Assembly (NCBI GenBank): GCA_043228905.1
Contig: JBHGNT010000010.1
Location: 18,476,001-18,540,000, forward strand
Length of the DNA: 64,000 nucleotides
Direction: 5' to 3'
DNA from: Azolla caroliniana
Taxonomy: Eukaryota > Plantae > Polypodiophyta
A program made the position numbers and the translations under genes. Below the pieces are notes generated by a model. That model saw only the letters and a list, made by a program, of their open reading frames with translations, was not told where the DNA came from and searched no databases. Shown one piece after another: positions 12,601-25,800 of this stretch; position 1 is the first letter of the stretch; the number at the start of each line of letters is the position of its first letter.

Positions 12601-15600
12601 AACTGCATCTTCCTACCCTCATGAGTCTTTTCTCTTGGAGAATATTAACACTTCTATGAACTCACTCATACAAATTAGGTGTTGAGGTAGCATCATGACA
12701 TCATCACCCAAGTGTGGAGATATACAAGGTATGCAATAAAAACCTAGTGGAAGATAATTATCACCTACTTTTTGCATGCACAAGGTAATTTGTGAGAAGT
12801 ATGATGACTTATTGGACTGGCATGATAATTTATGTGTCAATACACAAATGTCACATAGAATCTTTACTATAGAATAGTAATTCCCTTCTTAGGAAGGAGT
12901 CACTGACAAGATGATATTATCTTTATTTGGTTCCATAGCTCAAAATTGACCTCCTGGTTGATGATAAAAAGTCTATTCTATTCTATTTTAAGGGATAGTC
13001 CTGCGTCAGTCTCTAATTGCTGGGAGGAGAAGAGTTGGCATATTGGTTAGTGAGCACTATCGGACTTGTAAACATCCTTGTGTGTCAATCTCTGAAGGAA
13101 TTCATTGTTTGAGAAACTCATGAAATTATCTTTTGTTGTAGGCTAGCTTTCTAGGAATAGGATCCCTTTGTATGATACAAGACATTGAGTATAGAGTTCG
13201 CAAAGTTCTCCACTCAAAACCTTGTTCCATATATCATTTTGGAGAAGTGTAGGATATGGAAAGAGTTGCAAGTTCTTGATATCAACACTATTCTTGTTGA
13301 GCCACTTCATCATTTGCGAGTATCAAAATCCATCTCCCAATTCTGTTGTCATGATTTCCTTCAATGCTTTGAATGCCTTACATGTGATTCCTTGAGGTGG
13401 CTTTGTTAGATTTGCTTGATGAGGTTTATTGTCTGTAATAATGCTTCTATCATCATGGGAGTATGCCACTTTGGCTTGGATGATCTCATGTGCGGAAGAT
13501 TTTCATGCACTCAGGTGGTTCATGTAGTTAACAGTACTTTGTGTAAATGCTGATAAGTGCTTTCACCTAATGGTAGGTATTTTTCATTAGTTTATAATCG
13601 TCAATGATGTTTTGGAAAAATCTATCGTCCTTTAGATGGATTTGTTGTGTTATGCAGTTCTTTAAGTATGCGTCCGTCATGTTCTATCTGGCTCATTGGC
13701 TCAATTTCACACACACACATACTGGATCTATAAGCGTAGACTATTCGTGTCTGCTAAAGATGCATTTTACTTTGTTAGTTTACATCACATCTGCAACCAT
13801 AACGATTTAAAGTCATGCTTCATTTGTATCAGTGCTATCTTTTTTGTCACCAGCAATCTTAATGTTGTTCGTCTGGTGCCACAGTCTGCATTGCCACCTG
13901 AGCAGATTATCTGGTGTGGACCTGATAGTGTTCTCCTCTACTGGGAAGAAACATTGTTGATGGTGGGTCCAAATGGTGGCTCAATAAAGTACGAATATGA
14001 AGAATCACTTTTTCTTGTACCTGAATGTGATGGTGTACGCATCATATCAAATTCACATTCAGAGTTCTTGCAACGTGTTCCAGATTCCACAGTTTCCGTT
14101 TTCAAGATTGGAAGTACATCACCTGCAGCAATGTTGTATGATGCACTTGATCATTTTGATAAGCGCAGTGCTAAGGTAAGAATGAAAATATCATCGTCAT
14201 TTGTTGCTATCAATATTTACACACTAAAGAATATATGTTTTTTTCATGTTGACTATCATTACTAAGAATCTGTAAAACTATGGCCTACCAAGATCTGGTT
14301 TGGGACATTGAGTGTACAAACTCTTTACAAACTTTTCAGTAAGTTAATTTCGAGGTGTACGAATTTGAGCAAGTTGCTGATATCGTGGGTCTTGACAAAA
14401 AGTATTTGCGAATCTTGACCTCCATGTGGCATTATTTCTTGATGATCTATATGTCTCAGGTTCCACTTTTTGATAAAGATTCATGAGCTATCACTCAAGT
14501 ATGCCGTATTCTGTAGGTTGAATCATCCTCCTGAAGAATGTGATATCCTTCCACCATTTAAAATTAAAAATTCACAAAGTATGCAAGAAATATTATGCAT
14601 ATTTTAATGTTTCGTTGTTGGTGTAGCTGAATTGCTATGAACTATTAACAAGCCCTTGTAGAATGTTCAATTTTGGTGTAACTGGGCTTATTGCATTATT
14701 GAGTAGCCAAATGGTGATGTTGTCACTTTTGCACAAATAACATGTGATTGCACAAGTGCTTATTACTTTCTTTGGTGGTAATTCAGTAATTTGAAAAGCC
14801 TCTTGAGACTATGGTTTTCCTAAGTTCTGAAGCTGTTAAGATGGTTGATCACCATGAAATGTTGCTGTGATATGTTGTCGAGTTTTCATTATTAATTTCT
14901 ATGGATGTAGGCTGATGAAAATTTGAGGCTTATAAGACCTGCCCTTACTGAGGCAGTCGATTTCTGCATTGATGCTGCTGGCCATGAATTTGACATTGGT
15001 CAACAGAAAACTCTGTTGCGCGCAGCAGCTTATGGATTAGCTTTTTGCAGGTATCTTGAATTTCTTGAACTCATTTGTGAATAGCTGTACTATCTATATT
15101 TGTATGTGCTATGAACAGTAAACTCAGGAAAGCTTCTATAAAGCAATTGTCAGTGTGTGGGTGTTTTGGTTGCTTGTGATAATTTTTCTACAAGTTGGTT
15201 ATATTTTGTCAGCCATGTACAACATAGATGCAGATAATTTCGAAGGGATTTTGTTTGATGAATAAAACCTACCTTCAGTTATTTAGGGCTTCCCTCATTT
15301 GTTGCCATGAAGATGATGTTTCAACCGTATAGAGACTTTGTTTATGATGAAAATCCATCTCAGCTATCTATGTTCTGTTCATGTGTTCCCATAAAGATTA
15401 ATGTCTCAATCTTACGGCCTTATTCATTTACTTTGTTAAAGTTTATTGTTTTGAAAGAACCACGAAGAAAGATAAAAATTTCTTGTAATTTTATGGAAAT
15501 CATTAGCAGTGAGTTTCATAGCCTGCTTCAGTCCATGAGATCGATTTGAGTCTCATAGCCTACGTCAGTTTGTTAAATCAACTGCATATTTAGTTGCTGT

Positions 15601-18600
15601 TATTTAGTTCAACTGTGTGCATTGTTAGCTTTACGCCTTTAGAAAGTCCGTCTATTGCATAATCAGAGCTCTTGCACTCTTATCTTGCTTATATGTTCTT
15701 TATTGAATGATTTGCAATCATGGTGACTGGCAATTGTTTTTTGAAGCTAGTGGATGTCCCTGAAATTCATTATCATGGTGCCAAGAGGGTTTGATCCATA
15801 CCCTGAAGGAGAAAACTTGCAACGTGCATGCTTCATGCTTTGGCTGAAGTGCAGAAATTGACAGGTCATTTTTCATTGTAATATGTAGAGGCAAAGTTGA
15901 TATCAGAGAACTCAATATGTGGCCATATAGAAGTTAAAACTCATTCCATTGCCATAGAAACACCAAAATCCAATGTTGATTTACCACCCAGGGTATATGG
16001 AAACAACAAGACAATGATAATGACTTTTATCTTCTACTACTTAGATCATATCAAATAAATGTCTTTAGTTGAGTAAAATAGAAGAACGTCTTTAGATCAT
16101 AGCAAAGTTCTGCTAGTTGGAGATCATTTCCCTTCACTAGCTAGGATAGGTATGTTCTTTGTGTTTCAGTATGATTAGAGGAAAATGGCAGACAAAAGTG
16201 TTTGTGTGAGGTACAATTTTCTGGTGACTCATAGGGATTGATATTTGGTTTATGGACTGGCTTTAAATTCAGGATGGCACTGGGTACCTTACAACTAGCC
16301 TGAATGTGAACCGATTTTATTGTAATCATCTCTTGAGACATGGATACACTGAAACTTGTTACTATGATGTCATGCAATGTCTCTTTTGTTTTCCTTTTTA
16401 ATGTGTTATGCAAACAACAATTTATGCTTTTGGCTATTATTCTGTTTTTATAGTCATTTTCCTCGGAATCGGTTTCGTGAAATGTGTAAAACTTTGAGGG
16501 TTCTCAATGCAGTTCGTAGTTTGGATATTGGCATACCACTCAGTATCCAACAATTGAAAGTGAGAATTTATTAGGCATTTCCATTGATCCGGATCTGATT
16601 TGTTGCTCCTTTTGTTAATATAATAATGTTACTATGTTTTTTTGCAGGTTCTTACTGCACCCAACTTGATCTCCAGATTGCTAAATGCTGATTATCACTT
16701 ATTGGCATTTAAGATATCTGAATATTTGAATCTAAGCCAGGTTTGTATATAAATTCAATTTGTAAGAAAAATCAACGGACAATGACTGGAAGTTATGTGA
16801 TTATGATTGTTTCTTCTGTAAGTAGGAGAAAGTTCTGACCAATTGGGCATCCAAAAAGATTGATCTTTCAGTGAGCATACCTGATTCTACACTATTGAAT
16901 TTGATCGTTGCCAAGGTAGTTATTTAAATAAGGAAAAAGCTCCAAAATACCCCTGAATTGACCCAGAGTTTTTCTTTATTCCCCCAATGTCCCTGCGCAA
17001 CTTCCGAAAGAGAGAAAGAAGGGTATAAATTGATAATTTAACTGACCAAAACCATTTGAGGGAATGATTAAAACTTAGGGGAATTTGGGTAACTGAAGAA
17101 AACTTGGGGTATTTTGGAGTTTCCCCTTTTAATTATTACATAGTACAGTTCAAAGTTATATTGTACCTAACTAATTATTATGCTTCTCAGCTAAAAGTGT
17201 GTTCAGGTATTTCATATGCTGCAACTGCTGCAATTGCACACCAGAAAAAAAGGAGTAAACTTGCTGCTTTGCTCTTGGATTATGAGTCCCAATCCTCTGA
17301 GCAGGTTTTATTTCTAGATATTTTGATATTCGTTTAGGTATATGAATTTATTCATTATAGAAAGAAATCAAAGCAAAGTCATAAACATGTTTATATTTAA
17401 TTCTCTTGTGGTCTGATTAGCTATAAAAGGAAAAGGAATTATGTGATTAGTCATGGAAAGTATGTTCTTTATTAGATTAAGGCTGTTTCTAAAGTCATAT
17501 TATATGGGACATCATTCGGAACTATATTAAATGAAGAGTGTAACAATGTCATTTCTGAGGTCGGTTTCTGTTTTAGGCTTTCTAGATCTTGTATGTGATT
17601 TTTGGTAAAATAGCAGACATTTATTTGCAACATTGTAACTTTGGGAATGTATGAACACGCAGCTTCTTTATTTGACTGATGCATACATATGAAAACTATC
17701 ACCAGATTGACTAGTATTGTATTTTCTTTGAATTTTAGATTCCTTTACTTATCGACATGGGAGAACAAGAACGGGCCCTAACAAAGGCTATTGAAAGTGG
17801 GGACACAGATCTTGTTTATTGTGTCATCTTTCAGATCTTGGGTCAAGTATATCCTCATTTTGGTCAACACCCGTCAATGATCTTTAATTACTAGATGGCT
17901 GTCAATAATTTTATTTTTGCTCAGAAAGACCGTGAGGAGTTCAACCGCATTATTTTGTCGAAGCCACTTGCCCGTGATCTTTTTATTTCCTTTGCAAGGT
18001 TAGGATGCTATTCTAAGATCATCAGAAGCTATCCTGATTTGTATGGATCCAAATGATGAAGTAGTTCTACGATTGCAGGCAAAATGACCTGGAAGTTCTG
18101 AGGGAATTCTACATTTCTATTGGACAACCGCAGGTAGAAATTGCACTTTGTATATGTTCTTCTGAGTTTTTAATATTTCAATGCATTCTTTCTTCTGCCA
18201 TAACCTTTCTCGTTGGTTTCAACACAGATTTTTTATGTTTCTCTTTGTCACGAAATTCTAGCTAGCTAATGCTGTGTATATTTCTTGCTAAATTCCCATA
18301 TAGTTAGCCTGATGGTATAAGGTAGCATTTTGTAAATAGCGGATAAATTACAGTATATAATATATATAGGATGGCATATATATATAGTAGTGGGAGGTTT
18401 TTAATTTGGGTATACAGTGTGTCTTTCATAGTTTGTTTTTGGAGATTTCACTCGTGTAGCTCACCTCACCATTGTTACTTTCTTGTGTACATTTATGTTG
18501 CACATTTATGTAGGTTTAAGACTTGAATGCACATTTTTCCAAGGTAAAAGTTGTTGAAATCAATTTTTTTCTGATGATATGAAATCAAGGTAGAGTTATG

Positions 18601-20564
18601 GTAGATTTCTTCTCTACTAAGCTTACTCCATCATTATTAATTTTTTTACAGGGAGCAGCAGAAACATCAATCCGAGAATCTTGGGAACAAGTTAAACAAA
18701 AAAAGCAACCCCGGGAGTTGAGTGTGAGTCCATCTGCTAGTCGTCAGGCCACATTGTTCCAAGGAGCTCGTATTAAACATCTTGAGCAAGCTGAACAATA
18801 TTATGGGCAAACAAAGGAACATAACCTCGAGGCGAGATGTGTAGAGGAACATATCAAGCTGTTGAGGTAAAATATATAGCCAGGGTAAAAGTATAGAAGA
18901 TGCCTCATTGAAATACTAAATATAAATAAATGGTTGCACAAACTTAATAGATTTTATGAAACCTTACAAGTATAACTTATTGTTGGCAATTATTACTTGC
19001 AACTCAAATTTGTTGCTAAATTAGGATGAATCTTTCAAAAGAAACACTTGTGTCAAAATCATCTCAGTATATTACTTGTAGCTCCATAATTTTATTGCCA
19101 ATTTGCGGAGAATCTTTCAAAAGAATTACTGGGGTCACAATCACAGAATCCTGGAAAAAAATAGCTATTTGGCAATAAGTAGCCTTTATGTTTTCCCCCC
19201 ATATGTGATTTTTTTGCTTGCACAGTGTGGAAATTCCATATTGAATAAGCATTTACTTTGTTTGGTTTGTAGGATACAACATGATCTAGAGGCTTCCACT
19301 GGACAACCAATCTTTGTTGATTCAAGTGTTAGTGACACCATCTGTACTTGTCTAGTTATGGGGAACAATCGTGTTGCGGAAAAGTTAAGGAATGATTTCA
19401 AGGTATATGCTATTTTTTTGATATTAATCTCCCTAAAATAAGATTTTTAATTCTTTTAAAGATTATCGTGCTGTACAAGAGAAAAATATTAACTCTAAAG
19501 CAAAGCAAAAAAGATTTAACCTGTTAACCTATGATAAATCTGTGATGTGGAACTTTTAATGTCAATCTAGGTCCCCGAGAAACGTTACTATTGGCTTAAG
19601 GTCAGAGCTCTGTCGACTACTGGAAATTGGACTGCACTTGAGAAGTTTTCAAAGGAAAAGAAACCCCCAATCGGTAATATCATATAAAAATTGATAGCAT
19701 GTATTTATATACTATCATCAAATATAAATAGTAATATCAAGAAAACCCCTAGTATGTTTTTCTTGATCAAACAACGAAAATTATATGCTTTCAGATTCAT
19801 TGGCCAAATAGATTAATATTATAATCTGATTGATCAAACATGTTAATCCTTTCAGTCTTACCTCAGGTGCATGATTTCTTCTGTTGATGTTGTAATCCCA
19901 CCACTTTCTCTCATATATTGTTTTTAATTAATGAAAATTGTTTAAGGATTAATGCATATAGCTCCTGAAATTAAAAGTTTAAAACATTAATGCATCTATT
20001 TTTTGACCAAGGGTATGGAATGATATTATCCTTTACATTAAATCTAGCATTGATATTATTATTTAATACTAGCTGGGTAGTATCGTTTTCTCCCTTTATA
20101 CCAATAGGGATATCATTGATACTTTACAAGAATTGACGAGGTGATGTAATGTGTTTGTTTTTGCTGTTATCAGGTTTCAAGCCTTTTGTGGATGCTTGCA
20201 TTGAGGGAGGTGAAAATGGCGAAGCATTGAAATATATTGTTAAACTTCCTAACCCACAAGACAAAGCTGATGTAAGAGTTTATGATAGTGCATTCTCATC
20301 CATTCACATTTGTCTATTGTTTTCTAGTTTATTCTTTGGGAGTTTTTTGGGTCTTTTTTAGTTCTTTTAGTGTTTTAGTTTTTTGATCTTTGCATTTTCG
20401 TTCAGGCATACAAACGCATTGGCCTACATAATGAAGCTGCCGAGGCTGAATCTCAGAAAGAGAACAGCGAACTTTTAGGTAGACTCAAGTTGTTTGGACA
20501 GAACTCTTCAGCCGGAAACCTCTTTGATAGCATTCGAGATCGTCTTTTGTTTCAAGGAAACTGA
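9670..20564 (+). CDS. VPS16: Vacuolar protein sorting 16 / VACUOLELESS1 (HOPS/CORVET core subunit), 15 exons, ~849 aa. Exons 9670-10443, 13885-14175, 14911-15050, 16454-16559, 16648-16740, 16826-16915, 17191-17304, 17739-17846, 17925-17998, 18079-18133, 18652-18866, 19273-19402, 19571-19673, 20174-20271, 20406-20564
   Basis: Starts MAISIAAEWQMMGDKFYRKQDLYTMKW...GGPIAIIRDDSKIVQL. Contains IGSTSPAAMLYDALDHFDKRSAK|ADENLRLI, KAIESGDTDLVY, VPEKRYYWLKV and KKPPIGFKPFVDAC, typical of plant VPS16. All introns are GT-AG with consistent phases; exons sum to 2550 nt. Confidence 0.96.
11000..13600 (-). mobile_element. Possible very old LINE remnant in VPS16 intron 1
   Basis: Coding-like composition and faint RT-like peptide fragments on the minus strand; no continuous ORF. 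Boundaries approximate. Confidence 0.25.
16932..17126. mobile_element. MULE-like MITE in VPS16 intron 6
   Basis: GGAAAAAGCTCCAAAATACCCC matches the reverse complement of GGGGTATTTTGGAGTTTCCCC. The flanks TTTAAATAA / TTTTAATTA resemble a decayed 9-bp TSD (7 of 9). Confidence 0.6.
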
Positions 20565-20624
20565 ACTCTTCAGCCGGAAACCTCTTTGATAGCATTCGAG
20601 ATCGTCTTTTGTTTCAAGGAAACT
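20501..20624 (+). repeat. Perfect 62-bp tandem duplication spanning the VPS16 stop codon
   Basis: GAACTCTTCAGCCGGAAACC...TTTCAAGGAAACT at 20501-20562 and again at 20563-20624. Confidence 0.95.
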
Positions 20625-22850
20625 AACTAGCTCATGGTTTCTCTTTTTCTCTCATACCCAAGATTGAGACTAGGTATAAAAATGTAACAAAAATAAAGAC
20701 AAATTGTCCTTATATGATTTTTCTGCACACCGTCTTTGTTTTTCAAGTTTTGGAGTCATACATGTATAATTGAAGGTAATTTCTTCTAATGTATATATTA
20801 GTTGGGGATGTCAAACCTTTTCTAATCATAAACTTTGCACAATTATATTGAAGATTATTGTTGTATTTCTTTTTCTTGAAAGGTTTTGAATTTGTTTTGA
20901 TTTCTTGCGATGAAACAGTAGGGAGAGAAAAAGAGTCCTAGAGCTGCTTGTTCTTGAAGTAATCCCCGATACCTTGCATTGTCAAGCTATAGTAACTTGG
21001 TATGGTTTTATTGTTGTCCCTGGTGTTCAAATATGGCCTATAGGACCAAAAATTAAATGTCACCTAGAGTGTAGAATACTGGCCATTCTAGATGTACAGG
21101 AATTTTACCAACAAAAGTTGCGATTGAGATATAAAGGTGTATTGATAGGTCCAAATTGTCAAATGTTATCTAAGGTGGAGCATTGTAATAGTGGGGCACT
21201 TGAAACTCACACTCGTATTAAGGACAATTGCAATATCTTTACAAGTGGGGAGTTTACTTACCTATGCCCCATTTCACATCTGAGATAATGTGAACGAAGT
21301 TGTATGAAAGCAATGGTGCAAATGGTAGACAAGATTATTGACTCTAATATTGTATGTGCAATTTCAATTTCCCAATTCAAAGAAGATGGTTTTATAGTTT
21401 GGTGCAACATATGTTATATATAATGCGACAGGGCTTGGGGTTCCAACATATTACAATTACAAAAGAAAACTCATTCATAGAGGAATCCATTGAACTGTCT
21501 AGTGTAATGTGTCTTATCTTCCACCTTTTGTTTTCACATCTTAAATCCTTTTGGAAGAAAAAAAAACATCACGTCTTTGTGTGATCCGAGGAATTCAATA
21601 TGAGGTTTTTGTAAGGCAGGAAACCCTTCCATGCCGTTGATCTTAATGTGTAGGTATCTAGACTGTACTAGAAGCATATATGGTGTTTGTAACTTGAGGC
21701 TTCACTTGAAGAAAATTTGTAAGCAAACACTCTTGTACATTTCAAACTCTTCCCAAAGTAGACTTAGGAACACTAGCACTCCCTTGTTTACACCATTTCA
21801 CTATTACCACTATCTCACTAAGTTTGTTTTTTTTGCTAGGATTAAATGTAAGGATTACGTATCCTGAGCCCAAATTATTGACGGAAGTTTTCTTGTATAC
21901 TTACAGTAAAGCAATATCAACATGCCACATGAATAATATAAAATTAATGTTTTAAGGAAGTTTTCTTGTATACGTATGCCACATGGATATTTTCTTGGTT
22001 TGCTCGGATCAATATCAACATGCCGCATGAATAATATAAAATACTTGGCTTTAACGAAGTGTTCTATTTTCATAGCCAATGAGTGCTTCTGAAAGCTACC
22101 ATGTAGTGTTCATCAACATGCAAGGGAGTCCATTGTAGCTTCCTGCTAGATTAATATATAATTGAGTTGTCTTCTTTGTTTCAGTTTTATGCAGTCACAT
22201 GTCCAGTGATGATCGCAGTGGTCAACAGGTTCAATTCCTGCATCGTCTTGGACACATATCACGCCAGTTACAGGGTATAAATGTTGTTTCTATGAGTTCA
22301 TCCATAGATTTTCACAAGAAGACTGTTCTGATAAAATATACAATGGTTCATATAAAGATGCTAGTTATGAATCTTCTCATATATCTTTACATCAACTATA
22401 ATAAGTTGGCCTTCATTGGCATAACTTATTCATTTAAATCAACATATAAATATTCCAAACTGACTGAAGATATGAAGTGCATCCTTTTATATTAGTTTTT
22501 ATTCAATATCAGCTTGCAACAAAAAATTTAATAAAAAATGTACAATGAAGAAGGTATCAGATAAGCAAGATGTACAGTGCCGATCGACATGCGAACTACA
22601 GAAAATATCATGAAATATATGGCCGTTATGATCACATGAGATATAAGAGTAATTAAAGAATGTCTTACAATAGGAAAAAGAAAAAGCTGACTAGTCATTT
22701 TTGCAGAAATGCATGAGACATCCATTACATTTTTTTCCTTCCCAAGGATCTATTCTTGTCTTTGATTTCCTAAAAGTTAATCTACTCGTGTTAGTTGTCA
22801 ATATGGTTATATGAGATGAATATCCTTAACCCCAAAAAAGAAAAAATCTT

Positions 22851-25800
22851 CTACTCGCGTCTTCGTTTCCCATGTCTTGATCTGCGAGGAGCTTCATCCT
22901 CACTTAAACTATCATCATCATCTTTTCCATATGATTCACCACCAAAGTCCCCCTCCTGGAGCTGAGTAACCTTTGGAGAGTAGCGAGTGTCTGCATCACT
23001 CATCCCAAACACTTCTCCACCAACTGATTTCTCCATACTCCTTGGATCACCCACGCTACTTTGCAATCTCTCGCCACCCCCCAAGATATTCTCATTCTTT
23101 TGCACCCGGGCTGGTGGTTGATCACGCCTGACCCAACCCTGGCCTGGACCCTGGGCTGGAGGTGGACGAAATGGAAGGCCGCTTGGCCGCCCAGGGCCAC
23201 CAATGAAAGGCGGTGGTCTTGGGGCAGCCATTATAGTACCTGGCCGCACACCGACCATCAAAGCCGAGCCTGGAGGTCCCATCATCCCCATTCCAGTGCC
23301 AGTGCCAGTGTGCACGAATAAACCATTTGGCGGTGGTCTTCCGGACAGAAGCATACCTGGCGGTGCCAAAACACCTCCATCCATCGGGCCAAATGCCATA
23401 TTGATATGACCCCCATATCTTGGAAGGGATGGGTATGTTGGAAACACTCCTCTACCCAATGCTTTATTGAACCCATTCGTAGAGCTTGCAAACCTATCAT
23501 ATCCTACCCCAAAAAGCGGGTCACCACCGGGTGCCAAGTTTCTTCCCCGGCCACGATTCTTCTTCCACATAATCTCAGCCGCAGTCGCCGTGCTTACTCG
23601 CTTGCTTGCAATATTAGCTGTTGGAGTCGAGCTATCTTCTTCCTCACTTTCTTCTTCATCTTCTTGGTCCTCTTCTACAACATCAAATGGTGTATCCTCC
23701 ATATCGTGGGTGGTGCCATGGGTCTTCTCTTCCTCCCATTTCCGCTCGGCATCATTTGCAAGTTTCTGGCCCAAATTATGCAACTTACATCAGATAAAGA
23801 TTCCTTTCTAATACATGCCTACTATGTTCATGGTGTGGGAAAAATTGCGGTATTATTATTTGAAAAAACTCTATACATGCTTAACAAGTTCACTTACCAT
23901 GAGCTCACTATCCGGTTCCATATACAGAAGAGACGCAAGCTGCTCACCCACGCTTGGCTCCAATTCTTGGCAATCTCTACTTATCTGGAACAACACGATA
24001 GCACAATATGTTAAGAGAAGTTATGCCATTACTTCCAATGAAACTCTCATCACATTTCAATATGGAAAATTATGGAAACAGTTGAACCTTGAAAGTCCTC
24101 ATCTAGACCATCATCAATTTCCAAATTGAGTTTTTTTAATACATTTCGATTTAAATACACAAAACTTGGCAAGACAATGTGGAGAAGTGAATCAACCAAC
24201 CATATATATAGACATTGTTTATTAATGTTCATAGAATTTATTTCCTAATTTTTCATCGTCATGAATGATGATTCTACTTCTTTCTCTCCATAAAACTAGG
24301 ATGCATTTATGATCTGTATAAAGAGTCGTATATATACAACAGCCATAGCCAAAAACCTCACAACATACTCAATATCATAGAGAAACAGAATGTGTCAATT
24401 ACAATCAACAACAAAATGCATTATTCATGAAACTCCATGGTTTGCAAATTACGGATGGGAGTCAAAATGTATCTTCAGCTAGATCATAAGCCTAAACCAG
24501 CTGCTATTGATATACAACATCAAGTAGTGTACTAAACCATGAAGCTTATCATTTTCAAATACCACTGTTGATGAAGATTCATCATGCATTCACTGGTCCA
24601 AGCCTTTCCATACTTTTTCCTTACCAGGGAGACATTATCTATCAACAATCACATACAGCATAAGTGATAGAGAGTTATTTATTTCCTTCTTGCTGTAATC
24701 ACCATCGTCAGCCCACCACAAGGGAACACTATTGGGATTTTGGTGCAAGGCCATAAACTGACACTGATTGTACCCTTCATTCTTTGCTTCTAGATAATTT
24801 CTACACCCTCAGTCTTGCCGTTAAATTTGAACTTGAATATTCAAAAGGCAGAATTATACCTAAAAAATTAAGGTCATGGAGTCTGGCCAGAGTAAGTGTC
24901 TGTTTGGACCTATTCTCTTCCAATACTGCATCTTAAGACATAGATATGCCTTCATAACCACAGTAAATAGAAAAAAACATAAAGAATATTCAGACAATCT
25001 ACAGTATACTCATCAACTTTCTAATTACAAACTCAATCACAATTCACATTATAGATGAACAAAGGGTTACATTCTCATAAAAAGAATTGACAAATTTACT
25101 GTCTTTGACTACTTAAAACATGGTAGAGAATGTAATCAATGCATAATAAAGTTAAGGAAAGAGATAATGAAATTTTCAATTTACAACCAATTCATATTAA
25201 TTCATAACACATATACAGCATACCTTAACTGGAAGGTTCTCTTTGTATGGATTTCTCAAGTGTCGCGTTTTGTTGAAAGATAGCTCACATAGCTGCAAAG
25301 TGACAATACAGGATGATACTGTTTAAAATTTTCAAGCACACTGAAATAACATTCACAGAAATGACACAGCAAGCTCTAGGACTTAGAAATCACCTTGTCA
25401 TGTCACAAATTCACTAGTTCCTATTTCATGTTCATGGAATCAGAGAATAAAATTGGTTTTCCTGGTTACTATAATACCGATTCCTTCTCCTAGTTTATGA
25501 AATTGTGTTTAGAGTTTCTTATTGGATTAGATGTTTTGAGAAGAAGCTGATTCACATGAATCAATTCCAATAACAACCCATCTTCAGGATTTGTTTAATC
25601 CGACCTACCTATCGAATATCTTTCTTCAATTTGGAACTCATTTACTGGTCAGGGCCCCAAAGACCAAAGAACAATTGGATTTTAATATACTATCCATCTA
25701 ACTTCATTCTTAGTCCTAGAGCTAGAACTCTTAGATATACATGTACACTTTTTCAAATAATTTTAGGGATCTAACATGCCTTAGCTATCAAATATTTGCT

